NCBI GenBank assembly: GCA_041657425.1
Contig: JBBABY010000006.1
Coordinates: 4,142-36,141 of the forward strand
DNA length: 32,000 nt
Source: an archaeon
GTDB lineage: Archaea; Iainarchaeota; Iainarchaeia; Iainarchaeales; CSSED10-239
Direction of reading: 5' to 3'
Part shown: piece by piece, positions 1 through 8,619 of the stretch
Numbering within the stretch: position 1 is the first letter of the stretch
Layout of the letters: each line of letters begins with the position of its first letter
Program-made: the position numbers and the translations under genes
Notes under the pieces: generated by a model
The model's database searches: none
What the model saw: the letters and a program-made list of their open reading frames with translations, nothing else
Told to the model about the DNA's origin: nothing

Positions 1-574
1 CATCTTTTGTTTTTTCTTTAGAATCAATCCAATTAAGTTCATCAATTCGTTTATTTAATTCACTAATTTTCTCATCTTTTTTATCGAGGGTAATTAGCAA
101 TTCCTCAACTGATCTTTTTTGATTGGACAAATTTACATATTTGTGGTCAATCTGTTTTTTAGAGTTTTCCATAAATATAACTAAATTAGTTATTTCATTT
201 TTAGTATATTGTTCTAATTCAAAATATACATCTGGAGTTGTTATCTCTCGTTTTATATTAACTAAATCATCATCAACTTCTGTTGTGTGTTCTTCAAGGA
301 AAACAAGTTGTTGTATTTTACCAGATAACTCAATAAGTCTACTTTGGAATAATTTAATTCTTTCTGGTTCAATTTCTCTAGAAAATTGAATAACTGAATA
401 TCCTTGTAATTTACTTAGGTCTTTAGATAGTTCATCTAAGTTATTTTTTAAGATTCTTAAAAAAGAAGTTCTTTGTGTTTTACTAGTCTTATGTAACGGA
501 TAAACAAAAGAATCATAGATATTATTTGCTTTATATTTTATTGCACTTAATTCTTCAATAATTTTTTCAGTCAT
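1..574 (-). CDS. hypothetical coiled-coil protein (3' end runs off the window)
   Basis: Hand translation of the minus strand from its ATG (plus-strand cat at 572-574) gives an uninterrupted 191-codon frame down to position 2 (MTEKIIEELSAIKYKANNIYDSF...LNKRIDELNWIDSKEKTKD). It is absent from the ORF track because no stop lies in the window. The sequence is K/E/L-rich and heptad-like. The + ORF 123..389 is its antisense shadow. Confidence 0.6.
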   Translation of the reverse strand, partial: MTEKIIEELSAIKYKANNIYDSFVYPLHKTSKTQRTSFLRILKNNLDELSKDLSKLQGYSVIQFSREIEPERIKLFQSRLIELSGKIQQLVFLEEHTTEVDDDLVNIKREITTPDVYFELEQYTKNEITNLVIFMENSKKQIDHKYVNLSNQKRSVEELLITLDKKDEKISELNKRIDELNWIDSKEKTKD

Positions 575-674
575 CTTTTTTCACGAAATAATTGTGTTTT
601 TATCATAAATATAATATAACAATATATTTAATATTTATGCTTTTATATATTAATAGGTAAAGGGGGTAAAAATC

Positions 675-1253
675 ATGAAAACAATAGAAAATTTATGTAA
701 GGCATTCATTGGAGAAAGCCAAGCAAGGAACAGATATACTTTTTATTCTAAAGTTGCATTTAAGGAAAACTTGTTTCAAATTTCTGAAATATTTTTAGAA
801 ACTGCAGAGCAAGAAAGAGAACATGCAAAACAATTGTTTGTTCTAATAAGGGAATTAAAACAAAAGAACAATATTACAGAAAATTTAGTTATTGAGGCAG
901 AAGTTCCTATTGCATTTGGAAATACTGCAGATAACTTAAGGGCTGCAATTTCTGGAGAAAATCACGAATATACAAGTATGTATCCAGAGTTTGCAGATGT
1001 TGCAGAAAAAGAAGGCCTTTTAGAAATTGCAAAACAATTAAGAGCAATAGCAGTTGCTGAAAAACATCATGAAGAAAGATACCAAAAGTTATTGAAGCAA
1101 TTAGACGAAAAAACATTATTAAAGAAAGAGATTGAGATTATTTGGATATGTAGTAAATGTGGATATATGCATAAAGGCAAGGAACCACCAAAGGCTTGTC
1201 CATCATGTGGCCATCCACCAGAGTATTTTAGAGTTCAAAATGAGAATTATTAA
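675..1253 (+). CDS. rbr: rubrerythrin
   Basis: 192 aa. Ferritin-like diiron ExxH motifs (EREH, EKHH) plus a C-terminal rubredoxin-like CxxC...CxxC (CSKCGY...CPSCGH). SD-like aagggggt lies 8 nt upstream. Confidence 0.9.
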   Translation: MKTIENLCKAFIGESQARNRYTFYSKVAFKENLFQISEIFLETAEQEREHAKQLFVLIRELKQKNNITENLVIEAEVPIAFGNTADNLRAAISGENHEYTSMYPEFADVAEKEGLLEIAKQLRAIAVAEKHHEERYQKLLKQLDEKTLLKKEIEIIWICSKCGYMHKGKEPPKACPSCGHPPEYFRVQNENY

Positions 1254-1268
1254 AAGGAGGAAAATAAT

Positions 1269-1643
1269 ATGATAAAAGGAGATATATACAGATGCGCAAT
1301 TTGTGGAAATGTTGTAGAAGTTGTAGATGTTGGTGGAGGCACACTTGTTTGTTGTAATCAAAATATGAATTTACATCATGAAAACACTGGAGATCAGTTA
1401 AAAGAAAAGCACGTGCCAATCATTGAGAAAACAGATAATTCAGTAGTTGTTAGTGTTGGTTCAATAAGACATCCAATGACCGAAGAGCATAACATTAAAT
1501 GGATAGAAGTAAATATTGACGGTTCGGTCTATGTTAAGAAACTTAATCCAGGAGATGAGCCTGTTGCTGAATTTAAAGGAACAGGTTACAAGATAAGTGC
1601 AAGATGTTTATGTAATCAACACGGAGTTTGGAAATCACAATAG
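1269..1643 (+). CDS. dfx: desulfoferrodoxin / superoxide reductase (2Fe-SOR)
   Basis: 124 aa. N-terminal desulforedoxin-type cysteines (CAICGN...VCCNQ) and C-terminal neelaredoxin-centre residues (KHVP, HPMTEEH, CNQHG). SD aaggagg upstream. Starts 15 nt after rbr. Confidence 0.9.
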   Translation: MIKGDIYRCAICGNVVEVVDVGGGTLVCCNQNMNLHHENTGDQLKEKHVPIIEKTDNSVVVSVGSIRHPMTEEHNIKWIEVNIDGSVYVKKLNPGDEPVAEFKGTGYKISARCLCNQHGVWKSQ

Positions 1644-1676
1644 ATTTCCTCAAGACTCATTAAATATTGGGCAACT

Positions 1677-2303
1677 ATGAATTCATTAATTCAAAAAGTG
1701 ATTGAATTAAAAAAATCTCCAGTAAGTAAAATTATTTTTAAAAAGATTAAGACGTTCAAGGGCTTTCAAAAGAAATCTTCTAATGATATTTTTAAAGAAT
1801 TGTGTTTCTGTTTGATGACTGCAAATTTCAATGCAAAGCGAGCAGTAGAGATTCAAGAAAAAGTAGATAATGGTTTTTTAAATTTCTCAGAAGAAAAACT
1901 TGCAAAAATCTTAAAGCAATACGGCCACAGGTTTCCAAACAAAAGAGCTCATTTTATTGCTAAGGCTCAAGAACATAAAACTACAATTAAAGAAGAACTT
2001 TTCTCCATAAAGGACAAATATGAGAAAAGAGAATGGTTAGTAAAAAGCATTAAAGGATTAGGGTTTAAGGAATCAAGTCATTTTCTTAGAAATATTGGTT
2101 TTTTAGATTATGCAATAATCGATTTTCATATAGTTGATATTCTTGTTGATAATAAGATTATCAAGAGACCAAAAACTTTAAACAAAGAAAACTATCTATT
2201 GGTAGAGCAAAAATTAGAAAAATTTTCTAAAAAAACAAATCTCTCTCTTGGAGAGCTTGATTTTTATTTATGGTATTTAGAAACTGGAGTAATCTATAAA
2301 TAA
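1677..2303 (+). CDS. ogg: N-glycosylase/DNA lyase (archaeal Ogg2-type 8-oxoguanine glycosylase)
   Basis: 208 aa. HhH-GPD-like segment IKGLGFKESSHFLRNIGFLDYAIIDFH matches the pattern of archaeal Ogg enzymes as I remember it. Confidence 0.75.
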   Translation: MNSLIQKVIELKKSPVSKIIFKKIKTFKGFQKKSSNDIFKELCFCLMTANFNAKRAVEIQEKVDNGFLNFSEEKLAKILKQYGHRFPNKRAHFIAKAQEHKTTIKEELFSIKDKYEKREWLVKSIKGLGFKESSHFLRNIGFLDYAIIDFHIVDILVDNKIIKRPKTLNKENYLLVEQKLEKFSKKTNLSLGELDFYLWYLETGVIYK

Positions 2304-2305
2304 AA

Positions 2306-2387
2306 TGCAGGAGACAGGATTCGAACCTGCGAAGCACTAAGCACATGGTCCTAAGCCATGCCCCTTTGGCCACTCGGGAACTCCTGC
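2306..2387 (-). tRNA. tRNA-Leu (anticodon TAG)
   Basis: The reverse complement GCAGGAGTTCCCGAGTGGCCAAAGGGGCATGGCTTAGGACCATGTGCTTAGTGCTTCGCAGGTTCGAATCCTGTCTCCTGCA folds by hand into a cloverleaf. It has acceptor GCAGGAG/CTCCTGC, anticodon loop CTTAGGA, a long variable arm and T-loop TTCGAAT. No encoded CCA. Confidence 0.85.
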
Positions 2388-2479
2388 AAAAATAGAAAAA
2401 TCCATTTTTAAATATGTTTTTATTCTATTACTATATAATATATAATAACAAAATGTTTATAATGCAATAGTGGTATTTA

Positions 2480-3994
2480 ATGGTTGAAACTAAATCAGGT
2501 AAATTCTTTGAGTTCTGTGGAACAAGAAATCTTTACTTTCCTTCTGCAGAAATCTATTCTAATAATTTTGCGGGTTTTTATGAGTACGGGCCAATTGGAA
2601 ATTTAATTAGAATAAATCTAATTAACTTCTGGAGAGAAGAGTTTGTTAGAAAAAATGGTTTTCAAGAAATTTCTGGGTCAATAATCCTTCCAAAAGAAGT
2701 ATTTGTTGCTTCAGGTCACTTAGGCAACTTTGATGACCCAATAGCTACTTGTGAAAAGTGTAAGCAAGTCTATCGTTTAGATAGATTAATCTCAGAAGTA
2801 ACAAGTAAAGATGTTGCAGAAAATATGTCAATAGAAGAGTATCAACAACTAATCGATGATAATAATATAGTTTGTTCAAAGTGTAAAAGTAAATTAATAG
2901 ATATTAAAAGATTTAATTTAATGTCTAGTATTGTTGTTGGTGCACAATCTGGAAGTCTCGGATATTTAAGAGGAGAGTCTTGTCAATCAATTTTTTTAGA
3001 TTTTACCAGAATCTACAAGACTGGAAGGCAAACATTACCAATAACAATTTCTCAACATGGAACAGTTTATAGAAATGAAATCTCTCCCAGAAATGGATTA
3101 CTTAGATGTAGAGAGTTTGAACAATTAGAGAGTGAGATGTTTTTCGATCCAGATAAGATTAATGAAACTCCAATTTCCCTAGACACAATTGCAAAATACA
3201 AAATAAGATTTAAATTATTAAAAGATAAAGAAGAGAAAGATTATCCAATAAGTAAAATTACAGAAAAGAAAATAACAGTAGGCAATCTAATCACTTACTC
3301 TCTTTATATAACTCAAAAGTTTTTAGAAGAAATAGGCATCTCTCGCGAGAACATAAGATTTAGAGAAGTTCCAGATAACGATAGAGCGTTCTATTCCAAG
3401 CAAACATTTGATTGTGAAATAAAAACAGAAAAAGAATGGATAGAATTATTTTGTGTTAATTATAGAACAGACCATGATCTTCTAGGCCATGCTAAAGGTT
3501 CAAAGAAAGACTTATCTATTTCAGAAGACGGAAAAAGAATACAACCTCACGTCTTGGAAGTTTCTTCCATTGGTTTAGGAAGACTATTTTATGTTCTTCT
3601 TGAAAACAACTTTGAAACAAAAACAATAAACGGAGAAGAAAGAAATTTCTTACACCTTAAACCAAAGGTATCTCCTTATTTTGTTTCTATTTTGCCATTA
3701 ATGAAAAAGGATGGCTTAGCAGAGAAAGCAACTGGGATTTATAATTCTCTTCTAAAGGATCATTGTAAATACCAAGTATTTTATGACGAAACTGGATCCA
3801 TTGGTAAAAGATATGCAAGACTAGACGAGATTGGTTGTAATTATTGTATAACAATTGATCACGAGACTTTAGAGAAACAAACAGTAACAATAAGAGACAG
3901 AGACACTCAAGAGCAAAAGAGAATTCCAATTAAGTCTCTTTCAAAGACACTTGACAAGCTTTATTTTCAAGAAAAGAAATTTGGGAAGATATGA
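2480..3994 (+). CDS. glyS: glycine--tRNA ligase (archaeal/eukaryotic alpha2 type)
   Basis: 504 aa. N-terminal FPSAEIY...GFYEYGPIG...L..N signature, class II core and a C-terminal anticodon-binding domain (ILPL...YDETGSIGKRYARLDEIG). Its stop overlaps the next gene start (ATGA). Confidence 0.92.
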   Translation: MVETKSGKFFEFCGTRNLYFPSAEIYSNNFAGFYEYGPIGNLIRINLINFWREEFVRKNGFQEISGSIILPKEVFVASGHLGNFDDPIATCEKCKQVYRLDRLISEVTSKDVAENMSIEEYQQLIDDNNIVCSKCKSKLIDIKRFNLMSSIVVGAQSGSLGYLRGESCQSIFLDFTRIYKTGRQTLPITISQHGTVYRNEISPRNGLLRCREFEQLESEMFFDPDKINETPISLDTIAKYKIRFKLLKDKEEKDYPISKITEKKITVGNLITYSLYITQKFLEEIGISRENIRFREVPDNDRAFYSKQTFDCEIKTEKEWIELFCVNYRTDHDLLGHAKGSKKDLSISEDGKRIQPHVLEVSSIGLGRLFYVLLENNFETKTINGEERNFLHLKPKVSPYFVSILPLMKKDGLAEKATGIYNSLLKDHCKYQVFYDETGSIGKRYARLDEIGCNYCITIDHETLEKQTVTIRDRDTQEQKRIPIKSLSKTLDKLYFQEKKFGKI

Positions 3995-4635
3995 AAACAA
4001 CAGTTCTTTTTGATATGGACGGAGTAATTTCTGATACTCAAGATATGCAAGCAGAGATAGAGTCTCAATTGTTAAAAAGATTTGGGATAAATATTCCTTC
4101 AAAAGAAATTACCAGGAGATATGCAGGAGTTAGAACAAGTGAGTTCTTTAAAGATCTTCTTGACAAGAAAAAAGTAGTTTATGATATTGATAAGTTAATG
4201 GAAGAAAAAAGAAAGAAAGTAATTACAAATATAAAAAAAGAACTAAAAGAAATTCCTGGTTCTGTTGAATTAATTAAAAAGTTATACAAAGACGGATACA
4301 AGTTGGCAGTCGCTTCAGCAACAAATAGATTACAAGTAGAAACTAATTTAAAAAAACTAAAAGTAAGAAAATATTTTTCAGTAGTTGTTACTGGAGACGA
4401 TGTAAAACATGGAAAGCCAAATCCTGAAAGTTATCTTTTAGCTGCAAAAAAGCTTCATTCAAAGTCAAGTGAATGCATAGTGATTGAAGATGGAATAAAT
4501 GGAATGCAAGCAGGAAAGAATGCAAAGATGTTTGTAATTGGTTTAGTTCCAAAAGGTTCAAAATTAAAATATCCTGCAGATCTTTTAGTTAATACGCACA
4601 AAGAAACAATGAAATTAGATTTAAGAAAATTATAA
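3991..4635 (+). CDS. HAD-superfamily hydrolase, subfamily IA (beta-phosphoglucomutase-like)
   Basis: 214 aa. HAD motifs are present: I LFDMDGV, II VASAT, III HGKPNPE, IV IEDGINGMQAGKNA. Confidence 0.8.
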   Translation: MKTTVLFDMDGVISDTQDMQAEIESQLLKRFGINIPSKEITRRYAGVRTSEFFKDLLDKKKVVYDIDKLMEEKRKKVITNIKKELKEIPGSVELIKKLYKDGYKLAVASATNRLQVETNLKKLKVRKYFSVVVTGDDVKHGKPNPESYLLAAKKLHSKSSECIVIEDGINGMQAGKNAKMFVIGLVPKGSKLKYPADLLVNTHKETMKLDLRKL

Positions 4636-4642
4636 AATAAAG

Positions 4643-4714
4643 GCCTCTGTAGCTCAATGGTAGAGCATTTGCTTCGTAAGCAAAAGGTTGTGGGTCCAAT
4701 TCCCGTCAGGGGCT
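4643..4714 (+). tRNA. tRNA-Thr (anticodon CGT)
   Basis: GCCTCTGTAGCTCAATGGTAGAGCATTTGCTTCGTAAGCAAAAGGTTGTGGGTCCAATTCCCGTCAGGGGCT folds by hand: acceptor GCCTCTG/CAGGGGC, D arm GCTC/GAGC, anticodon loop TTCGTAA. The T-loop reads TCCAATT (see findings). Confidence 0.8.
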
Positions 4715-4725
4715 TAAAAAATAAA

Positions 4726-5256
4726 ATGAAAATTATGCCATTAAAATATAGAGAAGAAAAAAAAATAAGGCTAAGACATATGAGCCATTTCAAAAAGCCA
4801 AATCATAAGATTGATTTGGATTTAAGGGATATAAATAAGAATCTAGATATTGAAAATATAGAGATTAATAGACCAGTGGACCTAGAAAAAGTATTTCTAA
4901 ACATAAAGCAGAAGTTTGCTCTTTTAGTTTCTCCATTTGTTTCGGGAGAATATAAAAGAGAGAAAAAAGATATGTTAATTTTTGATAAAACTGATAAAAC
5001 AATAAAACTAAGATATCAATTAATGTCTTTGTCTGATCACATAGGGGAATTTATATTTCAATTAAGGATGTATGTAATAACACATTCAGATGATAAAGAC
5101 AAGATTGAAGAAATAGAAAAAGAAATAAAAGAATGGGAGAAGATATTAAATCATGTTCTAAACGATTTAATAGACAAAGTAAACTTTGTAATACAAAATT
5201 ATTTTGTCCCAATCTGTGAACGTTTAGAAAAAAATAATAAAAAGGTGAAAATATGA
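4726..5256 (+). CDS. hypothetical protein
   Basis: The track ORF 4657..5256 overlaps tRNA-Thr at its 5' end, so the start was moved to the first internal ATG (4726; an alternative is 4735, MPLKYREEKK). K/E-rich with no recognisable motif. Its stop overlaps the cyclophilin start. Confidence 0.6.
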   Translation: MKIMPLKYREEKKIRLRHMSHFKKPNHKIDLDLRDINKNLDIENIEINRPVDLEKVFLNIKQKFALLVSPFVSGEYKREKKDMLIFDKTDKTIKLRYQLMSLSDHIGEFIFQLRMYVITHSDDKDKIEEIEKEIKEWEKILNHVLNDLIDKVNFVIQNYFVPICERLEKNNKKVKI

Positions 5257-5885
5257 ATAACAAAACATTAACGATAATAGGTATAGTTCTAGGAGTAATC
5301 TTAATAGGACTAATAATAAATTTATTTATTAATTTAAAAGGGAGTGAAAATATGAGTAAAGATACAAACCAAGCAGTGGTTTTAGAAACCACAAATCAAG
5401 TAGTTGTTTTAGAAACATCTAAAGGAAACATAGAAATTGAATTATACGCAGATAAGTCTCCAAAGACTGTTGCAAATTTCATAACTTATGTTAATTCAGG
5501 TTATTACGACGGATTAGTATTTCATAGAGTAATTAAAGGATTTATGGTACAAGGTGGAGGTTTTAATAAATTTGCAGTAGAAAAGAAAACTAATTCTCCA
5601 ATTGTTTTAGAATCAAATAATGGTCTAAAGAATTTAACAGGAACAGTAGCAATGGCAAGAACAAATGCACCAAACAGTGCAACAAGTCAGTTCTTCATAA
5701 GCACAGTAGATAATGATTTCTTAGATTATGCAGGCACAAGTAATCCAGGTTATGCAGTTTTCGGTAAAGTAATTAAGGGAATGCATATTGTTTTTGAAAT
5801 AGAAAATGTAAAGACTGCAACCAAGAATGGAAATGGAGATTGGCCAGTAGAGAACATAATAATAACAAAAGCATATATGAAATAA
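5253..5885 (+). CDS. peptidyl-prolyl cis-trans isomerase, cyclophilin type, with N-terminal membrane anchor or signal
   Basis: 210 aa. N-terminal hydrophobic segment (LTIIGIVLGVILIGLIINLFI) followed by the cyclophilin core (GNIEIELYADKSPKTVANF...YYDGLVFHRVIKGFMVQGG...ATSQFFI). Confidence 0.9.
   Translation: MNNKTLTIIGIVLGVILIGLIINLFINLKGSENMSKDTNQAVVLETTNQVVVLETSKGNIEIELYADKSPKTVANFITYVNSGYYDGLVFHRVIKGFMVQGGGFNKFAVEKKTNSPIVLESNNGLKNLTGTVAMARTNAPNSATSQFFISTVDNDFLDYAGTSNPGYAVFGKVIKGMHIVFEIENVKTATKNGNGDWPVENIIITKAYMK
5364..5417 (+). repeat. in-frame 27-nt tandem duplication inside the cyclophilin gene
   Basis: acaaaccaagcagtggttttagaaacc is followed directly by acaaatcaagtagttgttttagaaaca (23/27 identical). 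It encodes TNQAVVLET then TNQVVVLET at the linker/first beta-strand junction. Confidence 0.7.
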
Positions 5886-5898
5886 GGGGGGAAATTAG

Positions 5899-6834
5899 TT
5901 GTTTTTGTCATTTCTTTTTTGGTCTTTTGTTTTTATTGTAGGACTTTTTATATTAATTTATTCTGCAGATTTATTTGTAGATAAATCTAAAGAGCTTGGA
6001 AAAAATTTAGGATTATCAACTTTTTTAATAGGTTTAATAATTGTAAGCATCGGCACAACATTACCGGAACTTGCATCTTCAATTTATGCAACAATAAAAG
6101 GAGAATCCGAAATTGTTATTCCTACAGTAATTGGTTCAGTTACCACAAACGTATTTTTAGTAATTGGTTTAGTTGGTTTTTTATATGGTACAAAATATAT
6201 ATACAGAGATACACTTAAAACAGATCTTTGGATTTTTGCAGTTGTTTCTTGTTTATTTATCTTATTTATTATAGATAATAATTTTACATTAATTGAAGCC
6301 ATTTTGTGTTTTTTAATATATGTGGCTTATTCAACATATCAATATAAATTATCAAAACCAGTAAAATTAGAAGAATCTGGTCCGAAAACTAATTCTTATA
6401 TGTGTATTTTTTTAATACTCATTTATTCTTTCTTAATATATGTGGGGTCAAAATATGTTGTTGATTCAATGTTAAATATTGCAGACATATTAGGAATTTT
6501 CCCAGAAATTATTGCAATAACAGTAATTGCTCTTGGAACAAGTCTTACAGAATTAACTGTTGGTTTAGTTTCTTTAAGAAAAGGGCATCTAGATATTGCG
6601 ATTGCAAATATAATCGGGGCAAGTATTATAGATATTTTAATAGTTACAAGTTTTTCAAGATTTTTTGGTTTTGTAATAATTCCAATAGCATTATTTAAAA
6701 TTGCAATACCAATCTTTGGTTTAGCGATTGTTGCTTTTATTTATGTCGTCCTCGATAAAAAAATAACCAAAAAAGAAGGTTTCCTATTGTTATTGCTATA
6801 TGTTATTTTTAACATTATTTTATTTATGATTTAA
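5899..6834 (+). CDS. Ca2+/Na+ antiporter (CaCA / YrbG-like family)
   Basis: 311 aa polytopic protein with two alpha-repeat signatures, GTTLPELASS and GTSLTELTVG. TTG start preceded by SD-like aagggggg. Confidence 0.8.
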   Translation: MFLSFLFWSFVFIVGLFILIYSADLFVDKSKELGKNLGLSTFLIGLIIVSIGTTLPELASSIYATIKGESEIVIPTVIGSVTTNVFLVIGLVGFLYGTKYIYRDTLKTDLWIFAVVSCLFILFIIDNNFTLIEAILCFLIYVAYSTYQYKLSKPVKLEESGPKTNSYMCIFLILIYSFLIYVGSKYVVDSMLNIADILGIFPEIIAITVIALGTSLTELTVGLVSLRKGHLDIAIANIIGASIIDILIVTSFSRFFGFVIIPIALFKIAIPIFGLAIVAFIYVVLDKKITKKEGFLLLLLYVIFNIILFMI

Positions 6835-6850
6835 TAAAAATCAGAACAAT

Positions 6851-7459
6851 TTATTTTCTTAATTTTCCAATAATAATCATATGTTTCTTTTCAAAAGGAT
6901 CTAGTCTTCTTTTTTCAACAATTGTAAATTCTTTTTCAAACTTCATCATTTCTTCGTCAATGATTGCTCTAGTGTCTCTTTGTGAAATAGCAGTTGTCTT
7001 TAAGCTTAAGATAACACAACCATCAGGCTTAAGAAATTCTTTTGCATTCTTTGTAAGTATCTCAATTTGATTCTTTTGTGCAACGTCTTGGATAATCAAG
7101 TCAACTTTACTGTTGATTAGTTCTTTGTAATCCCCAGGCTTGTTTGCATCTCCAATAACTGGATATAAGTTTTCTCTTGCCCTTGAAAGCAACACAAACT
7201 TCTGCATACTGTGAGGAGAAAAATCAATTCCAAAGATTATTCCTTTGTCCACTAAGTCAGAGATATAAGAACAAGTATATCCTTCAGCACAGCCAAGATA
7301 TAGAACACTTGAGTCTTCTTTAAGAGGTAAGATGTTTAAACCTTTCTTTAAAGCAGCACACACTTTAGATCTAGTAGGGTCCCAGTATCTCTTCTCTTTA
7401 CTGTTAAGATCAATAGTAAAGAAATCTCCGTTCTCCTTTATTAGATTTTTTATTGTCAT
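6851..7459 (-). CDS. flpA: fibrillarin-like rRNA/tRNA 2'-O-methyltransferase
   Basis: 202 aa. SAM-binding motif VLYLGCAEGYTCSYISD and LIIQDVAQ. Lies directly downstream of nop5 on the same strand. Confidence 0.9.
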   Translation of the reverse strand: MTIKNLIKENGDFFTIDLNSKEKRYWDPTRSKVCAALKKGLNILPLKEDSSVLYLGCAEGYTCSYISDLVDKGIIFGIDFSPHSMQKFVLLSRARENLYPVIGDANKPGDYKELINSKVDLIIQDVAQKNQIEILTKNAKEFLKPDGCVILSLKTTAISQRDTRAIIDEEMMKFEKEFTIVEKRRLDPFEKKHMIIIGKLRK

Positions 7460-7468
7460 GTTTTTTCT

Positions 7469-8239
7469 TTATTTTTTTAATTTTAAATTAATTTTGTTAG
7501 TTAGTTCTTTTCTTATATCTGTTCCGCCAAGATCTCCCTTGATTGCAAGCGTAATTTTTGCAGCCAAAAATCTAGCAAATCTTGCTTTGTCTTTTTTGTT
7601 AAGGTTAATCAGTAGTGGGTGGTTGTAAATGAAACCATACTTTGGTGTTTTCTTTTTGTTATTAGTTCTAACTGCTTTAAAGAAAGCATTTTCTGCTCCA
7701 ATCAACTGGATGGTAGAACTTGGAAATCTAGAAAGTCTTTCAAAAGACCCTGCAACTTCAATCATCTTACAAGCAATAGCTGGTGTTGCAATTTCAGAGA
7801 AGTTGGGATAATTAGTTTTAGCAAGTTTTTCTTCAAGAGCTTCAAGACTTTTCTTTGTGTCAAGAAGATTTTGCAAGTTTTTTGCTAGGTTAATAAATAT
7901 AATTTTCTCTTGTTCTTCAAGTTCAGCAGAAAGCCCAATCTCTTGTATTTCTAAAATCTTTTTTGCTTTTGATTTATCAATAGAGATTTTCTTTAAGGTT
8001 TCTTCTGTGACATTTTCAAGAGCGCAAAGTCTAACATATTCTTCAATAGTTAGTTCTTTCTCCATGTTAGGATAAAGAACATCTCCAATAATTCTAAGTT
8101 GTTCGAAAAGTTCATTAATATTCTTAGGAAGTTTAGAAAGTATTTGAGAAATAGCAATTATTCTTTGATCTGCACTTTCAAGTTCTTTTTTTAATTTGGA
8201 AATAGTAAATTTAAAAAAAACTTCTTTATTTGCATGCAT
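7469..8239 (-). CDS. nop5: Nop5 (Nop56/58) C/D box sRNP protein, short form without the N-terminal domain
   Basis: 256 aa. The coiled-coil part is followed by the NOP domain (ATPAIACKMIEVAGSFERLSRFPSSTIQLIGAENAFF...KYGFIYNHPL...ARFLAAKITLAIKGD). The sequence begins directly in the coiled-coil region. Confidence 0.85.
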   Translation of the reverse strand: MHANKEVFFKFTISKLKKELESADQRIIAISQILSKLPKNINELFEQLRIIGDVLYPNMEKELTIEEYVRLCALENVTEETLKKISIDKSKAKKILEIQEIGLSAELEEQEKIIFINLAKNLQNLLDTKKSLEALEEKLAKTNYPNFSEIATPAIACKMIEVAGSFERLSRFPSSTIQLIGAENAFFKAVRTNNKKKTPKYGFIYNHPLLINLNKKDKARFARFLAAKITLAIKGDLGGTDIRKELTNKINLKLKK

Positions 8240-8273
8240 ATTTTCTAGATTTTAGTTTTAAAAAAAGAGATAA

Positions 8274-8549
8274 TTACTTTACCTCTACTTTTTGACCAAC
8301 TGCAGTTCCTGGAAGTCCCTTCTCAAAGATTACTCTGATAACTCCTTTGTTACCATGAGCTGAAGCAACTTTTCCATTAATTACTTTTTTTCCAATTGTA
8401 GTAAATACAACTTTATGTCCATATAGTGGAGCAACAGATTCTTTAGTTCTGTATTTTTCATCATCTATTTGTATAAGTAAATGATTGTTCTTTTGTGTGT
8501 TTACACCCATTCTGTAATTCATTATTGTTCCTATCATATTTTTCACCAA
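8274..8549 (-). CDS. rpl35ae: 50S ribosomal protein L35Ae (eL33)
   Basis: 91 aa. The pattern GTIMNYRMG...LYGHKVVF...INGKVASAHGNKGVIRVIFEKGLPG is typical of L35Ae. Confidence 0.8.
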   Translation of the reverse strand: MVKNMIGTIMNYRMGVNTQKNNHLLIQIDDEKYRTKESVAPLYGHKVVFTTIGKKVINGKVASAHGNKGVIRVIFEKGLPGTAVGQKVEVK

Positions 8550-8619
8550 TTTAATAAGCTTTAAAATAAGTACTAATATAATATTTAATAAACAAAGTAT
8601 TTAAAAACCTTGATAAAAC

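Noticed and set aside
123-389. The + strand ORF of 88 aa, and similar short ORFs in the track at 907..1116, 1228..1419, 3687..3929, 4455..4793, 5051..5392, 6084..6302, 7332..8075, 9647..9865, 11236..11454, 12368..12688, 13211..13894, 14899..15120, 15565..16152, 16617..16862, 18253..18555, 19445..19648, 19968..20168, 21248..21558, 22506..22709, 23973..24182, 26596..26940, 28171..28359, 29418..29618 and 30482..30667.
   Set aside because: All lie antisense to, or out of frame within, longer ORFs that have recognisable families or typical composition. Their products are low-complexity (F/L/S/I-rich), as expected for shadow frames of K/E/N-rich genes in AT-rich DNA.
4657-4725. The N-terminal 23 codons of track ORF 4657..5256 (MVEHLLRKQKVVGPIPVRGLKNK).
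   Set aside because: This stretch is the body of tRNA-Thr read as protein. The real start must lie downstream, at 4726 or 4735.
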